Virus record (IMG/VR): IMGVR_UViG_3300025892_000009
Direction: 5' to 3' (one strand)
Origin: a virus
DNA length: 64,000 nt
Made by a program: the position numbers and the translations under genes. The first letter of the stretch is position 1; every line of letters begins with the position of its first letter. Of the stretch, positions 53,685 to 63,055 are shown piece by piece. Under the pieces are notes generated by a model. The model made no database searches. It had not been told where the DNA came from and saw only the letters and a list, made by a program, of their open reading frames with translations.

Positions 53685-54563
53685 TTAAAACTCAGTAATG
53701 TGATCTAGCATTTCATTCAACGCATGTTTCATGAAATAGGGATACATTTTCCCTCGCACAGGAGGGTGTGTATTCTCAAACGTATTTATGATATCGGTCT
53801 GTACCTCCTTTGGAATGTATTCAAAGTCAATTAGTTTGACGTTACGCTTATAGTTTTTATGTGTAGTCTCATCAGTAAACTCATCTGGATCCTGCTCAAT
53901 CCATAGTGCAAGTTTGACCTTGGACATTGGACGTTGGCGGACACCTACAATGAATACATCATCGGCAGATAAGAAGTTAGGAATACCATCAGAGCGATCA
54001 CCTTTAAGGATGTGCTCAAGAAGATACTGCTTGGGATCGTCACACTGAATAAACTTTTTTAGCACAGGATTGTACTGACTGACAAATCGATACTTCTGCA
54101 GTTGTTGAAAGTCTTTATCTCCACTGAGAATAAGGACTTTCTTTGCAGGTTGTTTATCATTTTGCAGTCTGATATTAACTGCCCCTTGCTCCTTTACTAA
54201 GGTGGCAATGATATCATCTGCTTCTGCACCATCAACTTCCACAACTTTGTATGGGAGAAACTCACGAATCTCATCACGAATCTTGTTAAGGACTTCAAAG
54301 ATAGCACTCCAGTCTAGTTTAGACTTCTCTCGATCTCTCTTCCGAGTGCCTTTGTAGTAAGGAAACTCTTTACGTCTCCAGTAATGCTTACTGTCATAAC
54401 AAAGGACTAACTCACCATAGTCTTGATAAAACTTTTTGCGATAAAACCGCAAAGAGTTTAAAACCATGTGGCGAACTAGTCCTTCATCAACTTGTGTGTT
54501 TGTACTGGTCAAGGAAACCATCAAGTTGCTGATGCAAACTTGATTCATGTCAACAAGGATCAT
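53685..54563 (-). CDS. rnh: T4-type RNase H (5'-3' exonuclease)
   Basis: MILVDMNQ, YWRR..FPYYKG-R, EADDII, SGDKDFQQL, GDRSDGIPN. Confidence 0.95.
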   Translation of the reverse strand: MILVDMNQVCISNLMVSLTSTNTQVDEGLVRHMVLNSLRFYRKKFYQDYGELVLCYDSKHYWRRKEFPYYKGTRKRDREKSKLDWSAIFEVLNKIRDEIREFLPYKVVEVDGAEADDIIATLVKEQGAVNIRLQNDKQPAKKVLILSGDKDFQQLQKYRFVSQYNPVLKKFIQCDDPKQYLLEHILKGDRSDGIPNFLSADDVFIVGVRQRPMSKVKLALWIEQDPDEFTDETTHKNYKRNVKLIDFEYIPKEVQTDIINTFENTHPPVRGKMYPYFMKHALNEMLDHITEF

Positions 54564-54569
54564 CTCACC

Positions 54570-54809
54570 TCAGTCATCTTCATCATCAAGTATATCATCA
54601 TCGTCGTTGGTTCGCAAGTAAAGCAATTCTGAAGCGTCCACCATCTCACCATCAATCATCATTTCTGGATGCATAACTACTGCTGCGTATTCTGCTCTTG
54701 CTTTCCACTCATCCCAGATCCCCCTGAAATTCCATGCAACGATGGAACCAAGAAGAAAAGATCCTAGAGTGAGAAAGAAAGCAAGGTAAAGAAAACTTAG
54801 GTCTGCCAT
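54570..54809 (-). CDS. Small membrane-anchored hypothetical protein
   Basis: N-terminal TM helix, HPEM motif, acidic tail. Confidence 0.7.
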   Translation of the reverse strand: MADLSFLYLAFFLTLGSFLLGSIVAWNFRGIWDEWKARAEYAAVVMHPEMMIDGEMVDASELLYLRTNDDDDILDDEDD

Positions 54810-54830
54810 GAAGCCCCTCTCTTACAATAA

Positions 54831-55190
54831 CTATTTAGTGACGCTTTTCTTTTTCCTACCAGGCTTACGGTCAGCATAGTACCTCCAAGCATCGTCCAAC
54901 ATTGCATAAAGATAGTCTTTAATTTTCCTTGCTTTAGGTTTGGGGATATGACCATATGCTTCACGAAGTTGCTTATCACCACCTTTAATATAAGCATCCA
55001 ACTCTTCAACTAGGTTGCTAAGTTGAGCTGCTGAAGCGGATTCAATAAATTCATTGGTATCCCGACGTGTCCATTTGCCAAGTCTCAGATAGTCATACAT
55101 CTTAAACATGAATCTATTGTTGAGCATTGCTTCATCAATAGCTCTGTCTATAATTGTGTACAACTCAGTGGTGTTACTATCTCGATTCAT
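54831..55190 (-). CDS. Cyanophage conserved hypothetical protein
   Basis: 119 aa, LREAYGHIPKPKARKI. Confidence 0.75.
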   Translation of the reverse strand: MNRDSNTTELYTIIDRAIDEAMLNNRFMFKMYDYLRLGKWTRRDTNEFIESASAAQLSNLVEELDAYIKGGDKQLREAYGHIPKPKARKIKDYLYAMLDDAWRYYADRKPGRKKKSVTK

Positions 55191-55435
55191 CAGAGTAGGT
55201 TTTGCTCCCTCAAATACTTAACTGCGTCCGTGCATCCTCCGATCTTCTGCCCACCCACAATAACTTGAGGGAAGGTAGATCCTTGACCAAATTCTTTATA
55301 GAATTGCTCACGGGTGAAGTTTACTCCTAGACTATACTCAGCATAGTCCCAATTCTTAGATTTGTAAACCTCTTTAATTTTAGTGCAGAAGGGACACCCT
55401 TCTCGCGTATAAATTGCTGTGCGTTTTGGAGACAT
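55190..55435 (-). CDS. nrdC: Glutaredoxin
   Basis: CPFC active site, TFPQV, IGGCTD. Confidence 0.92.
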   Translation of the reverse strand: MSPKRTAIYTREGCPFCTKIKEVYKSKNWDYAEYSLGVNFTREQFYKEFGQGSTFPQVIVGGQKIGGCTDAVKYLREQNLL

Positions 55436-55448
55436 AATTATAATATGT

Positions 55449-55473
55449 AAAAGAAAAGGGACCCGAAGGTCCC
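55449..55473 (-). terminator. Intrinsic terminator with cUUCGg tetraloop
   Basis: GGGACC-TTCG-GGTCCC-TTTTCTTTT. Confidence 0.9.
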
Positions 55474-55504
55474 AAAGACAATCAGATTCCGTCTAAATTA
55501 TATA

Positions 55505-55876
55505 TCAGAAGGAATACTTCACACCCAACTTAGCACCGTATCCACGGTCAAGATCCTCATCGCCACTACCCACGAAGGAGACTTCACCATAGGCACCCAG
55601 AGCATCGGTCAAACCAATACCAACGCCTGCCTTACCAGAAGGAACGGTATCGGTCTCGCCGCCGTCAGGAGACACCAGGGTAGCGCCGCCTTGGACGTAG
55701 TAAGAAGCACTCTCACCAAGAGCACCTTCATACCCCAGGTGAAGGTCCGTTGCGGTTCCGTTGTACTCGGATCCCGTCCAACCAGAATTTGCTTCCACGT
55801 TGACGTAGGGACCAGCGAAAGCGGCACCAGCAGAGACAGAAAGGGCAGCGGTTGCTGCAAATACAGATTTGATCAT
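55505..55876 (-). CDS. Small outer-membrane beta-barrel-like protein
   Basis: Signal peptide (AAFA), alternating beta-strand pattern, C-terminal KYSF aromatic signature. Confidence 0.7.
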   Translation of the reverse strand: MIKSVFAATAALSVSAGAAFAGPYVNVEANSGWTGSEYNGTATDLHLGYEGALGESASYYVQGGATLVSPDGGETDTVPSGKAGVGIGLTDALGAYGEVSFVGSGDEDLDRGYGAKLGVKYSF

Positions 55877-55981
55877 TTTTATTTAAAAGTTTGTTTACTT
55901 GTGGAGTTTAACCCACAGATGATAGAAGACTCGACTTGTCTTCGTTTGTTAAGAAGCGTAACTTTGTCACGCCTCGTATAT

Positions 55982-56009
55982 ATAATACCACAACCTTGAA
56001 ATTTGTCAA
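55982..56009 (-). promoter_or_regulatory. Sigma70-like promoter of the OMP-like gene
   Basis: TTGACA (56004-56009)-N16-TATTAT with an extended -10 TG. Confidence 0.65.
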
Positions 56010-56656
56010 GCTTGTGACAGTTGCTCGAAGTCTTTCTCAAAAATAGCAAGACCAGCATCGGTAAGGATGTGATCATACATTTTATCAAAAACATTTGGTG
56101 GCAACGTGACTACACTAGCACCATACATCAAGCAACGCGAGACGTGGTGGACATCTCTCAAACTGGCAGCAAGGATCTTAGTGCGAACACCATGAGCACA
56201 ATACAGACCAGAGATAGCACGGACCAACTCAACACCACTGAATGAGTTGTCATTCAAACGACCCACAAATGGTGAGATGTATGTGGCACCTGCCTTTGCT
56301 GCCATGACTGCCTGAGCGGCGCTGAAACACAGAGTAACGTTGGTCTCTACACCTTGAGCAGTGAGCTCTTTACATGCCTTCAGACCCTCTACAGTGAGGG
56401 GCAGTTTGATCGTAACGTTGTCAGCAATATCACGATACTTAATAGCATTGGTAAGCATCTCAAAGCAAGACTCACCTTCTACTTCAGCAGAGATACTTTC
56501 AAAAGCAAAGTTAGTTGCTAGTGTTTTGATAAACTCCACGTAGTCTACACCAGACTTACGAACTAGTGTAGGATTTGTAGTGATGCCATCAACTAGACCA
56601 GTCGTATAGCGTTGAGCAATTGCTTCATAGTCAGCAGTGTCTAGGAAGATTTTCAT
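56006..56656 (-). CDS. talC: Transaldolase (TalC/FsaA type)
   Basis: MKIFLDTA, GITTNP, TIKLP, NVTLCFS, ISPFVGR, AASLR. Confidence 0.95.
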   Translation of the reverse strand: MKIFLDTADYEAIAQRYTTGLVDGITTNPTLVRKSGVDYVEFIKTLATNFAFESISAEVEGESCFEMLTNAIKYRDIADNVTIKLPLTVEGLKACKELTAQGVETNVTLCFSAAQAVMAAKAGATYISPFVGRLNDNSFSGVELVRAISGLYCAHGVRTKILAASLRDVHHVSRCLMYGASVVTLPPNVFDKMYDHILTDAGLAIFEKDFEQLSQA

Positions 56657-56859
56657 ATTTTGTCTAGGACCTCTAGTTTAACAAAGACTTCCTGCAAATT
56701 ATAATGCACCTTGTAAGATTCTGTCAACACATAATATCCGATAATTTTAGATCCATCACATGACCACCCATACCCCTTGACGGCTTCGTCATTGCCATCT
56801 ATATGGAATTTCTTACTTCCTAATAGGTAGTCATGGTAACGCTGATCCAGGTTGATCAT
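56653..56859 (-). CDS. Hypothetical protein
   Basis: 68-aa ORF, ATGA-coupled to talC. Confidence 0.65.
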   Translation of the reverse strand: MINLDQRYHDYLLGSKKFHIDGNDEAVKGYGWSCDGSKIIGYYVLTESYKVHYNLQEVFVKLEVLDKI

Positions 56860-57220
56860 CGGTGGAGTCCTCTGTGTCTTTAGATATCATATCACGGATT
56901 GAAGACATATCTTCTTCCGTAAGATTATCTATAGACTCAGATTCCTCAACTCTAGGGTCTGTAATAAGACCTTTTATATCATCAGTCAGATGATCCTGAG
57001 GTCTCCAAGCCTCACCTTTAACTTGATAGTCTAGGTTTTGAATAGCGGCAAGGTTACTACTCCAATACTTCTTCATCTTCTTCATCATCTTTGCACGACC
57101 TTTGGGATCATTAGGATGATCATTGATGACCTTACGAAGCATACGCAATTCACGAACTGATTTATCTAGTGCCCTCTCCGCTGCAGAGTCACTCTTTTTG
57201 TATGTTCCAAATCCTGCCAT
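56831..57220 (-). CDS. Hypothetical protein
   Basis: 129-aa ORF. Confidence 0.7.
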   Translation of the reverse strand: MAGFGTYKKSDSAAERALDKSVRELRMLRKVINDHPNDPKGRAKMMKKMKKYWSSNLAAIQNLDYQVKGEAWRPQDHLTDDIKGLITDPRVEESESIDNLTEEDMSSIRDMISKDTEDSTDDQPGSALP

Positions 57221-57221
57221 G

Positions 57222-60200
57222 TTAACTAACTCCAGTAACGATAATTTTAAACCTCAACCTATCTCTGTTTCTATCAGAGCAGAAATACCAAATAGGTGAT
57301 GACCTATTGTGAGACTCCTGATAAACCATTTCCTTAGCAACCCTTCTCACAGTTTTAGTATTCTCATACCAATTGATTATTTTCTTTTTGGGCAACTGGT
57401 TTCGGGCAATAGAATCATTCGGGTAGTAGGGTGTGATTGCAGAGTTTTCATAGTCACTATCCCTTTCGGGTGGCCACATTAAATCAAACTCCATTCTTTC
57501 TTGGTATCCAAATCCAGGAGCAATAACATCAATAACATGAATCATTGCTTGCCAGAAGTATGTAGTCCTAGTCCTAGCGTTAGATCCTGGTATCCTAGTT
57601 GGATAGAATGTGATACCAACTCTAATTTTTGCTGCTGCTGTTACATTAGACGCACCACTCAATGCTTTACCATCCAAGACATAATCGTGAATAAATGTGC
57701 AAGGTGAGAAATAATTATCAGATGCAGGTCCATTTCTCCATTGACTATTAATGGCATTGAGATAACCCAACCCATCAGAAGCACCAGAAGATCCAAACTC
57801 ATACCACGGCACCATCCTATTGGCATAGGCTGTAGGTATAGTTTGCTCAAGTCCAGCTGACATTAGAGATGAAGATACACCCTCCATCCTAGTGACCAGA
57901 TAACTCTCAAGCAATTTATTATAGCATCCAGTATTCTTTCTGTAAATATGAGTGTTTGCCCTCTCATATACACTTAGATTATTTTCAACATATCCAGTAT
58001 CAATATACCCACCAGGGAGATCTGGCATGAATCTATTATCATCAGTTCTAGGATGATTCCCCATGATAGTAGGACTTGCTTCCAAACTACCCCCCATTGG
58101 TATCACTGTAGAGTTTGCCCAAACCTCAGTGAAATTAAAATCATATCCATCATCATTTCGATAATATGAATCGCCATATTGAGACCCTGATCTCCACACT
58201 TCAGGTCTTTGATTGTATGGATTGAAGCACATACCCATACCAGTAATAGCACCACCAGTGTTATCAGCAATTGGATTTGCCCATGGCATTCCAGTTGAAG
58301 TCGATGCAATTTTATCATCTGATGATACAGTGGATAAATTTAAACTCCACATGTGATCATAACTACCCGCAGCAACATTATACAAAGCGAGTGTGGGGGA
58401 GACTGTACCTATATGTGGACCATTTTGAATGTTTACTAATTCAAATTGTAAGGTATCTCCAGCAGACAAACTAACTTCAGTGCTAGTAATACTATCCCCA
58501 ATGACAGGCCAATGTGCTGCTTCCCATGATTTCTCATAGAAGGTAATATTATTTTTCTTAAACCTAAATTTAAACTTCATACAACTGGCATCCAATCCAC
58601 CAGTAATACCACCCATAGAAACAATCCTATAAGTGACAGAGTTCTTCGCGCTAATACTTTGGTTTTGATTTAACTTAACTGCATAACTTCCTGTGCATCG
58701 AGCACACTCCCAGTCAGTATCATTACCAGGGAGAACTGTAGGAACATTTGTGCCACAACCAGTCCTAGCAAGAGTTACATCTTTGAATGATTTTTCAAGT
58801 CCTCTATTGTCACAAGTGGATGGCTCAATAATTTTATAAATTGGAAGCGGTTTGTCTTGATCATAGACAAAACATTGCTTACCTTCAAGGTAGTATCCAT
58901 TGTCTTCCCACTGCACTAGGTGCCAGAATTTCAAGTCATCATAATCATCATCACCATTGATAAGATCCTCCCACATTTGTCTGTTTCTACCTTTCCACTT
59001 AGTAAAATCTTTATCGCCAGGATTCCACTGCCTATCAGAGAAGAGACAATAGTTACCTTCTGCAGTGTTGATCCCGTCCGCACGGAATCCATCACTCTGA
59101 CTACTGAAACTAATCTGCTGTCCTGCACTTAAACTATTTCGATCTCCACCATCAGGGATCAAGGCAAACCCCATCGACCCACCATTATAATCGTTTAGCA
59201 TCGACTTAGTAATAGTGACCCTGTTAATATTGGATCCATTTTGAGCAGAAGGTACAAGAATAACTCCTATATCAGGACCATTTTCATCTGCCATATAATA
59301 TGCCAAGGCATTATCATAACCTGCACTACCTTTCTCAGTATCCATAGTGATCATGAGATTAGCAAAAACTTCTGTCTTAGGAATACGATATGCATTCCTA
59401 CCCAGTTTTTGTTGAGGTTGATCCCATAACATCTCAGGATCCATTGTATAGAAATGATTACTACCATTATAATATCTCCACAATGCCTCTGCTTTCTCAC
59501 CATCACCCATGTATGAGATCATCTCACTTGCCGCTTGGAAAACATATCCAATAACTTCTTGAAACACCATACCATTTGAATTCATGGCATTTCTTTCACC
59601 TGCCCCTGGACTATCAGGTAAACCAGGATTAGTTGTTAAGAAACCATCTCCAGATGAATTTATATAATAAAACAATGGTGTGGTGATTGGGTTGTCATCA
59701 ATATCACCAACAGGATCTCTACTCACATAGAATGCAGGCTCTGTTCCATTGTTAGTCTTACTATAAGTATGCTTTCCACCACTATAAGTTTGATAGATTG
59801 CTTGTCTAGGGGGGAAGCAATTCTTTACACATACTCTATCTCTATTGGCACTCCAATTGTTTGGGTAATATGCATCACAACTCTGCTTAGGTGGGGTCCA
59901 ACGTCCACCAACATAAGGTTTAAAGTAACAGTCTAGAGTATTTCTAACACAACGCTCCCAAGCAAGATCTTGCTCTCTATTATTACCTTTACAAAATAGG
60001 ATCGTACCATCGTTTCTATTTCTCCATTTATTATTGCCAAGATATTCAACTTGATTTCTTACCTTAAGTTTGAATACCTCATTGCAATCAAAATCTTCGG
60101 GGGGAGGGTCGCCAATACTTACATAGCTGGTTTGATCGCCAACGTAAGGAGTTTTAATAATAAGTCTACCACCATCCCAAGGGAGATCTGGAATAATGTC

Positions 60201-60617
60201 TGTTATCCAATCGAAGAAAGGCAAATTAATTTCGATAGATTCATCATCAACCTCAGGTATATCAAATGGTTGTTGCAATGGTGGTAGACCAGGATAACAT
60301 CTACCAACCAAGTCTTGAATAACTTGTGCAGGTGTAGGTGTTATCTCTGGAGGATCAACTACAGGAGGAATTCTTGGATTCTGACCATCCAATGGATTAG
60401 GTATGTTGACAGGTGTACCTGCATAGCACCTTCCAACTAATGTAGCAATGACCTCTGGAGGAGTTGGAGTTGATGTAGGTCCTGAGGATGCATCTCCCAA
60501 TCCTAGAGATGCTGACGCTGGATTACTACCATCAAGTGCGTTAGGTACTAGATATGTGCTACTGCTACCGACAATGTAACATCTATCAACGATATTTCTA
60601 ATATCTTCTGCTGCCAT
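57222..60617 (-). CDS. Large Cys/Pro-rich multi-domain protein, probably virion structural
   Basis: N-terminal RCY/Pro repeats, HFYT-type repeats, WEDLINGDDDYDDL acidic loop; late promoter GATAAATA at 60641-60648. Confidence 0.65.
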   Translation of the reverse strand: MAAEDIRNIVDRCYIVGSSSTYLVPNALDGSNPASASLGLGDASSGPTSTPTPPEVIATLVGRCYAGTPVNIPNPLDGQNPRIPPVVDPPEITPTPAQVIQDLVGRCYPGLPPLQQPFDIPEVDDESIEINLPFFDWITDIIPDLPWDGGRLIIKTPYVGDQTSYVSIGDPPPEDFDCNEVFKLKVRNQVEYLGNNKWRNRNDGTILFCKGNNREQDLAWERCVRNTLDCYFKPYVGGRWTPPKQSCDAYYPNNWSANRDRVCVKNCFPPRQAIYQTYSGGKHTYSKTNNGTEPAFYVSRDPVGDIDDNPITTPLFYYINSSGDGFLTTNPGLPDSPGAGERNAMNSNGMVFQEVIGYVFQAASEMISYMGDGEKAEALWRYYNGSNHFYTMDPEMLWDQPQQKLGRNAYRIPKTEVFANLMITMDTEKGSAGYDNALAYYMADENGPDIGVILVPSAQNGSNINRVTITKSMLNDYNGGSMGFALIPDGGDRNSLSAGQQISFSSQSDGFRADGINTAEGNYCLFSDRQWNPGDKDFTKWKGRNRQMWEDLINGDDDYDDLKFWHLVQWEDNGYYLEGKQCFVYDQDKPLPIYKIIEPSTCDNRGLEKSFKDVTLARTGCGTNVPTVLPGNDTDWECARCTGSYAVKLNQNQSISAKNSVTYRIVSMGGITGGLDASCMKFKFRFKKNNITFYEKSWEAAHWPVIGDSITSTEVSLSAGDTLQFELVNIQNGPHIGTVSPTLALYNVAAGSYDHMWSLNLSTVSSDDKIASTSTGMPWANPIADNTGGAITGMGMCFNPYNQRPEVWRSGSQYGDSYYRNDDGYDFNFTEVWANSTVIPMGGSLEASPTIMGNHPRTDDNRFMPDLPGGYIDTGYVENNLSVYERANTHIYRKNTGCYNKLLESYLVTRMEGVSSSLMSAGLEQTIPTAYANRMVPWYEFGSSGASDGLGYLNAINSQWRNGPASDNYFSPCTFIHDYVLDGKALSGASNVTAAAKIRVGITFYPTRIPGSNARTRTTYFWQAMIHVIDVIAPGFGYQERMEFDLMWPPERDSDYENSAITPYYPNDSIARNQLPKKKIINWYENTKTVRRVAKEMVYQESHNRSSPIWYFCSDRNRDRLRFKIIVTGVS

Positions 60618-60643
60618 TATCTAACTACTGCCTTTGAATATAT

Positions 60644-60916
60644 TTATCCAACGATTTCACCTCTGGCAATTTTTTCACGACGGTCTAGTTTCCATACTAT
60701 GTAATCCATTGTTGGGATACACATAGGATTCCAACCAACAAAAGATGTTGACTCTCCACTTGGTATCTTCCAACAGGGAGCATCATCATTTTCAAGGTCT
60801 AATGATTTACGATACTCCTCCTCACCAAACATAACAACTGCTCTCTCAGCAGCATTCAAACTCTTGAAGCAATCAAAAGAATTCTTTCTAATGATGTCAG
60901 GGATGTGGTGTTTCAT
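60644..60916 (-). CDS. Cyanophage hypothetical protein (MKHHIPDIIRKNSF...)
   Basis: 90-aa ORF coupled to purC. Confidence 0.7.
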   Translation of the reverse strand: MKHHIPDIIRKNSFDCFKSLNAAERAVVMFGEEEYRKSLDLENDDAPCWKIPSGESTSFVGWNPMCIPTMDYIVWKLDRREKIARGEIVG

Positions 60917-61611
60917 TGGACTGCTAATGGTTGCAGTCTATCTAGAATCTCACGATAGGCAGGTACAATATCTCCTTCATCCTTTCTGAATAGATCCTTA
61001 TCGAATCTTTCGTTACTACCAATCTTCCATAGTCTCATACTGTCAGGACTAATCTCATCGGCAAGATACAAATCACCATGAGCATCATAACCATACTCAA
61101 CTTTAAAATCTACAAGGTCAATGCCCATGATATAAAACATCTGACGAAGGTAATCATTGATCCGTAGTGTCATCTCAATGAGAGGATCAGGATCATATCC
61201 CATTAGTTTCACACGATCCGTTGTGAGCAGAGGGTCATGCTTGCTATCATCCTTCAGGAAAAACTCAACAATAGGATGTGGTAGTGAGTAACCTTCTTGG
61301 AGAGTTGTCTCACGAACAATAGATCCAGCAGCACGATTCCTACAGATGACTTCCAAAGGAACGATGTCTACCTTCTTACAAATCATCTTGTTAGCACCAA
61401 CCATATTAATATAATGAGTTGGGATGTGCTCTTTGGCAAGTTTCTCAAAGATAATAGATGAGATACTACAGCAGAGGGATCCTTTTCCTAAAGGATGATC
61501 AACCATCTCACCATTACCAGCAGTCACCTTATCATGATACTCAATGATGACACGATCAGCGTCGTCACCTTGGTATACAGTCTTGACCTTGCCTTCTATA
61601 ATTACTTCCAT
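60913..61611 (-). CDS. purC: SAICAR synthetase
   Basis: EGKVK, DKVTAG, PLEVICRN-AAGS, KDDSKHDP, LVDFK-EYG, LADEISPDSMRLW, DKDLFR. Confidence 0.95.
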   Translation of the reverse strand: MEVIIEGKVKTVYQGDDADRVIIEYHDKVTAGNGEMVDHPLGKGSLCCSISSIIFEKLAKEHIPTHYINMVGANKMICKKVDIVPLEVICRNRAAGSIVRETTLQEGYSLPHPIVEFFLKDDSKHDPLLTTDRVKLMGYDPDPLIEMTLRINDYLRQMFYIMGIDLVDFKVEYGYDAHGDLYLADEISPDSMRLWKIGSNERFDKDLFRKDEGDIVPAYREILDRLQPLAVQ

Positions 61612-61665
61612 AAAAAAGAGGGTGTTTAACCCTCAAAGTATAGCACACTCTACTGGATTTGGCCA
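61612..61665 (-). promoter_or_regulatory. Fused promoter-terminator cassette upstream of purC
   Basis: TGGCCA-N17-TATACT-tt-GAGGG-ttaaaca-CCCTC-TTTTTT-ATG. Confidence 0.7.
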
Positions 61666-61694
61666 GTGAGTTTTAGCGGCGACGATATTATTAT

Positions 61695-62624
61695 TTATGC
61701 AACAGTGCCAATCACCCATGATCTCATACCGAATGGAGTGTCGGCAATGAGAGTTTGTGTCATCTCTACTGCGTCTGGTGGCACTACCAAGCAGAATCCA
61801 ATACCAAGATTGAATACATTTCTCATCTCTTCCTCGGTAATGTCTCCTGCCTCCTGGATCTTGTTAAACAATTCAGGTCTCTCCCAAGCATTGTAGTCAA
61901 CATCAACTGTAAGACCCATTGGAAGGCATCGTGGGAGGTTCTCAGGCAGTCCTCCACCTGTGATGTGTGCCATGCCTAGGATAGGAACTTCGTCCAACAG
62001 GTGCTGAATGAGACGAGCATAGATGGTGGTAGGTCTCAACAACTCAGGCATCTCTTTGTAGAAGATTTTATTTCTCCACAGCATATCATTGATGAGTGTA
62101 TATCCATTACTATGAAGACCACTGCTCTCAATACCAATGACTACATCACCAGGAAACATAGTGCTGCCGTCAACAATCTGATTCTTCTCTACAACACCAG
62201 TGCAGAAACCAGCAAGGTCATAGTCAGTTGCTCTATAATGCTCTGCAGTCTCTCCACCTATAAGTTCCATCCCCGCCATTGTGCAACCAACATTAATTCC
62301 ATACACAATGTCACTAACGTTAGCATCAAGTGTTTTGGCAGAGACATAATCTAAAAAATATAATGGTTTAGCACCAGAACATATAACGTCATTGACGCAC
62401 ATAGCAACGAGATCCTGACCAATAGTTGTATAATCAAAAGCAATCCTACAAATGTTAATTTTAGTTCCAACACCATCAGCACCAGATACCAACACGGGTT
62501 TCTCATATCCTGATGGGACTTCCATCATTCCACTGAAACCACCAATCTTAGGTGCTAATACTTTTAGATACTCTACAAAGGATCTACCCTTCATAATGTC
62601 AACACCAGAAGTTTTATAGTCCAT
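61695..62624 (-). CDS. purM: AIR synthetase (phosphoribosylformylglycinamidine cyclo-ligase)
   Basis: YKTSGVD, DGVGTK, DLVAMCVND, PLYFLDY, GGETAE, SSGLHSNG, HITGGG, FNLGIG. Confidence 0.96.
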   Translation of the reverse strand: MDYKTSGVDIMKGRSFVEYLKVLAPKIGGFSGMMEVPSGYEKPVLVSGADGVGTKINICRIAFDYTTIGQDLVAMCVNDVICSGAKPLYFLDYVSAKTLDANVSDIVYGINVGCTMAGMELIGGETAEHYRATDYDLAGFCTGVVEKNQIVDGSTMFPGDVVIGIESSGLHSNGYTLINDMLWRNKIFYKEMPELLRPTTIYARLIQHLLDEVPILGMAHITGGGLPENLPRCLPMGLTVDVDYNAWERPELFNKIQEAGDITEEEMRNVFNLGIGFCLVVPPDAVEMTQTLIADTPFGMRSWVIGTVA

Positions 62625-62677
62625 AAAAAAGAGGGTCGTAACCCTCTTAGTATATCATTAGTCACCTTGCTTGTAAA
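62625..62677 (-). promoter_or_regulatory. Fused promoter-terminator cassette upstream of purM
   Basis: TTTACA-N17-TATACT-aa-GAGGG-ttacga-CCCTC-TTTTTT-ATG. Confidence 0.7.
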
Positions 62678-62870
62678 TGTCTTCTAGTTTTTCTCTGCTG
62701 AGATCAACATACATCAACTCTTCACCTGCCTGTGGTGCTTCTGGGTGACGTGGTTTAGGTTTATTCATCTCTATATTAATAGATTGAATGTTAGCCCACA
62801 TCATAGCGAAGGCACCACCAGCAATGAGAGCAAAGCATATGAAGTATAGCATGACTTCAAAGTTATTCAT
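62658..62870 (-). CDS. DUF2973-like small membrane protein
   Basis: N-terminal TM helix, RHPE...GEELMYV. Confidence 0.7.
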   Translation of the reverse strand: MNNFEVMLYFICFALIAGGAFAMMWANIQSINIEMNKPKPRHPEAPQAGEELMYVDLSREKLEDIYKQGD

Positions 62871-62992
62871 TGTGCTCCTTGATATGATGGGACCATCATA
62901 CCACCATCTTGATCATCATCATCGTCAGGATTCTGAGTGACAAAGAAAGCGATGAGTAATGCAATCCATACAAAAATGTATGTGAAATTCAT
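62867..62992 (-). CDS. Small membrane peptide (41 aa, TM helix plus PDDDDDQDGG)
   Basis: Translated by hand; preceded by GAGG; ATGA overlap with the next gene. Confidence 0.6.
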   Translation of the reverse strand: MNFTYIFVWIALLIAFFVTQNPDDDDDQDGGMMVPSYQGAQ

Positions 62993-63055
62993 TGTTATGC
63001 CTCTCTTATTAAAGGTTAGGGCGAAAGTTTTAATAACGAAAATCCTTATTAAAGG

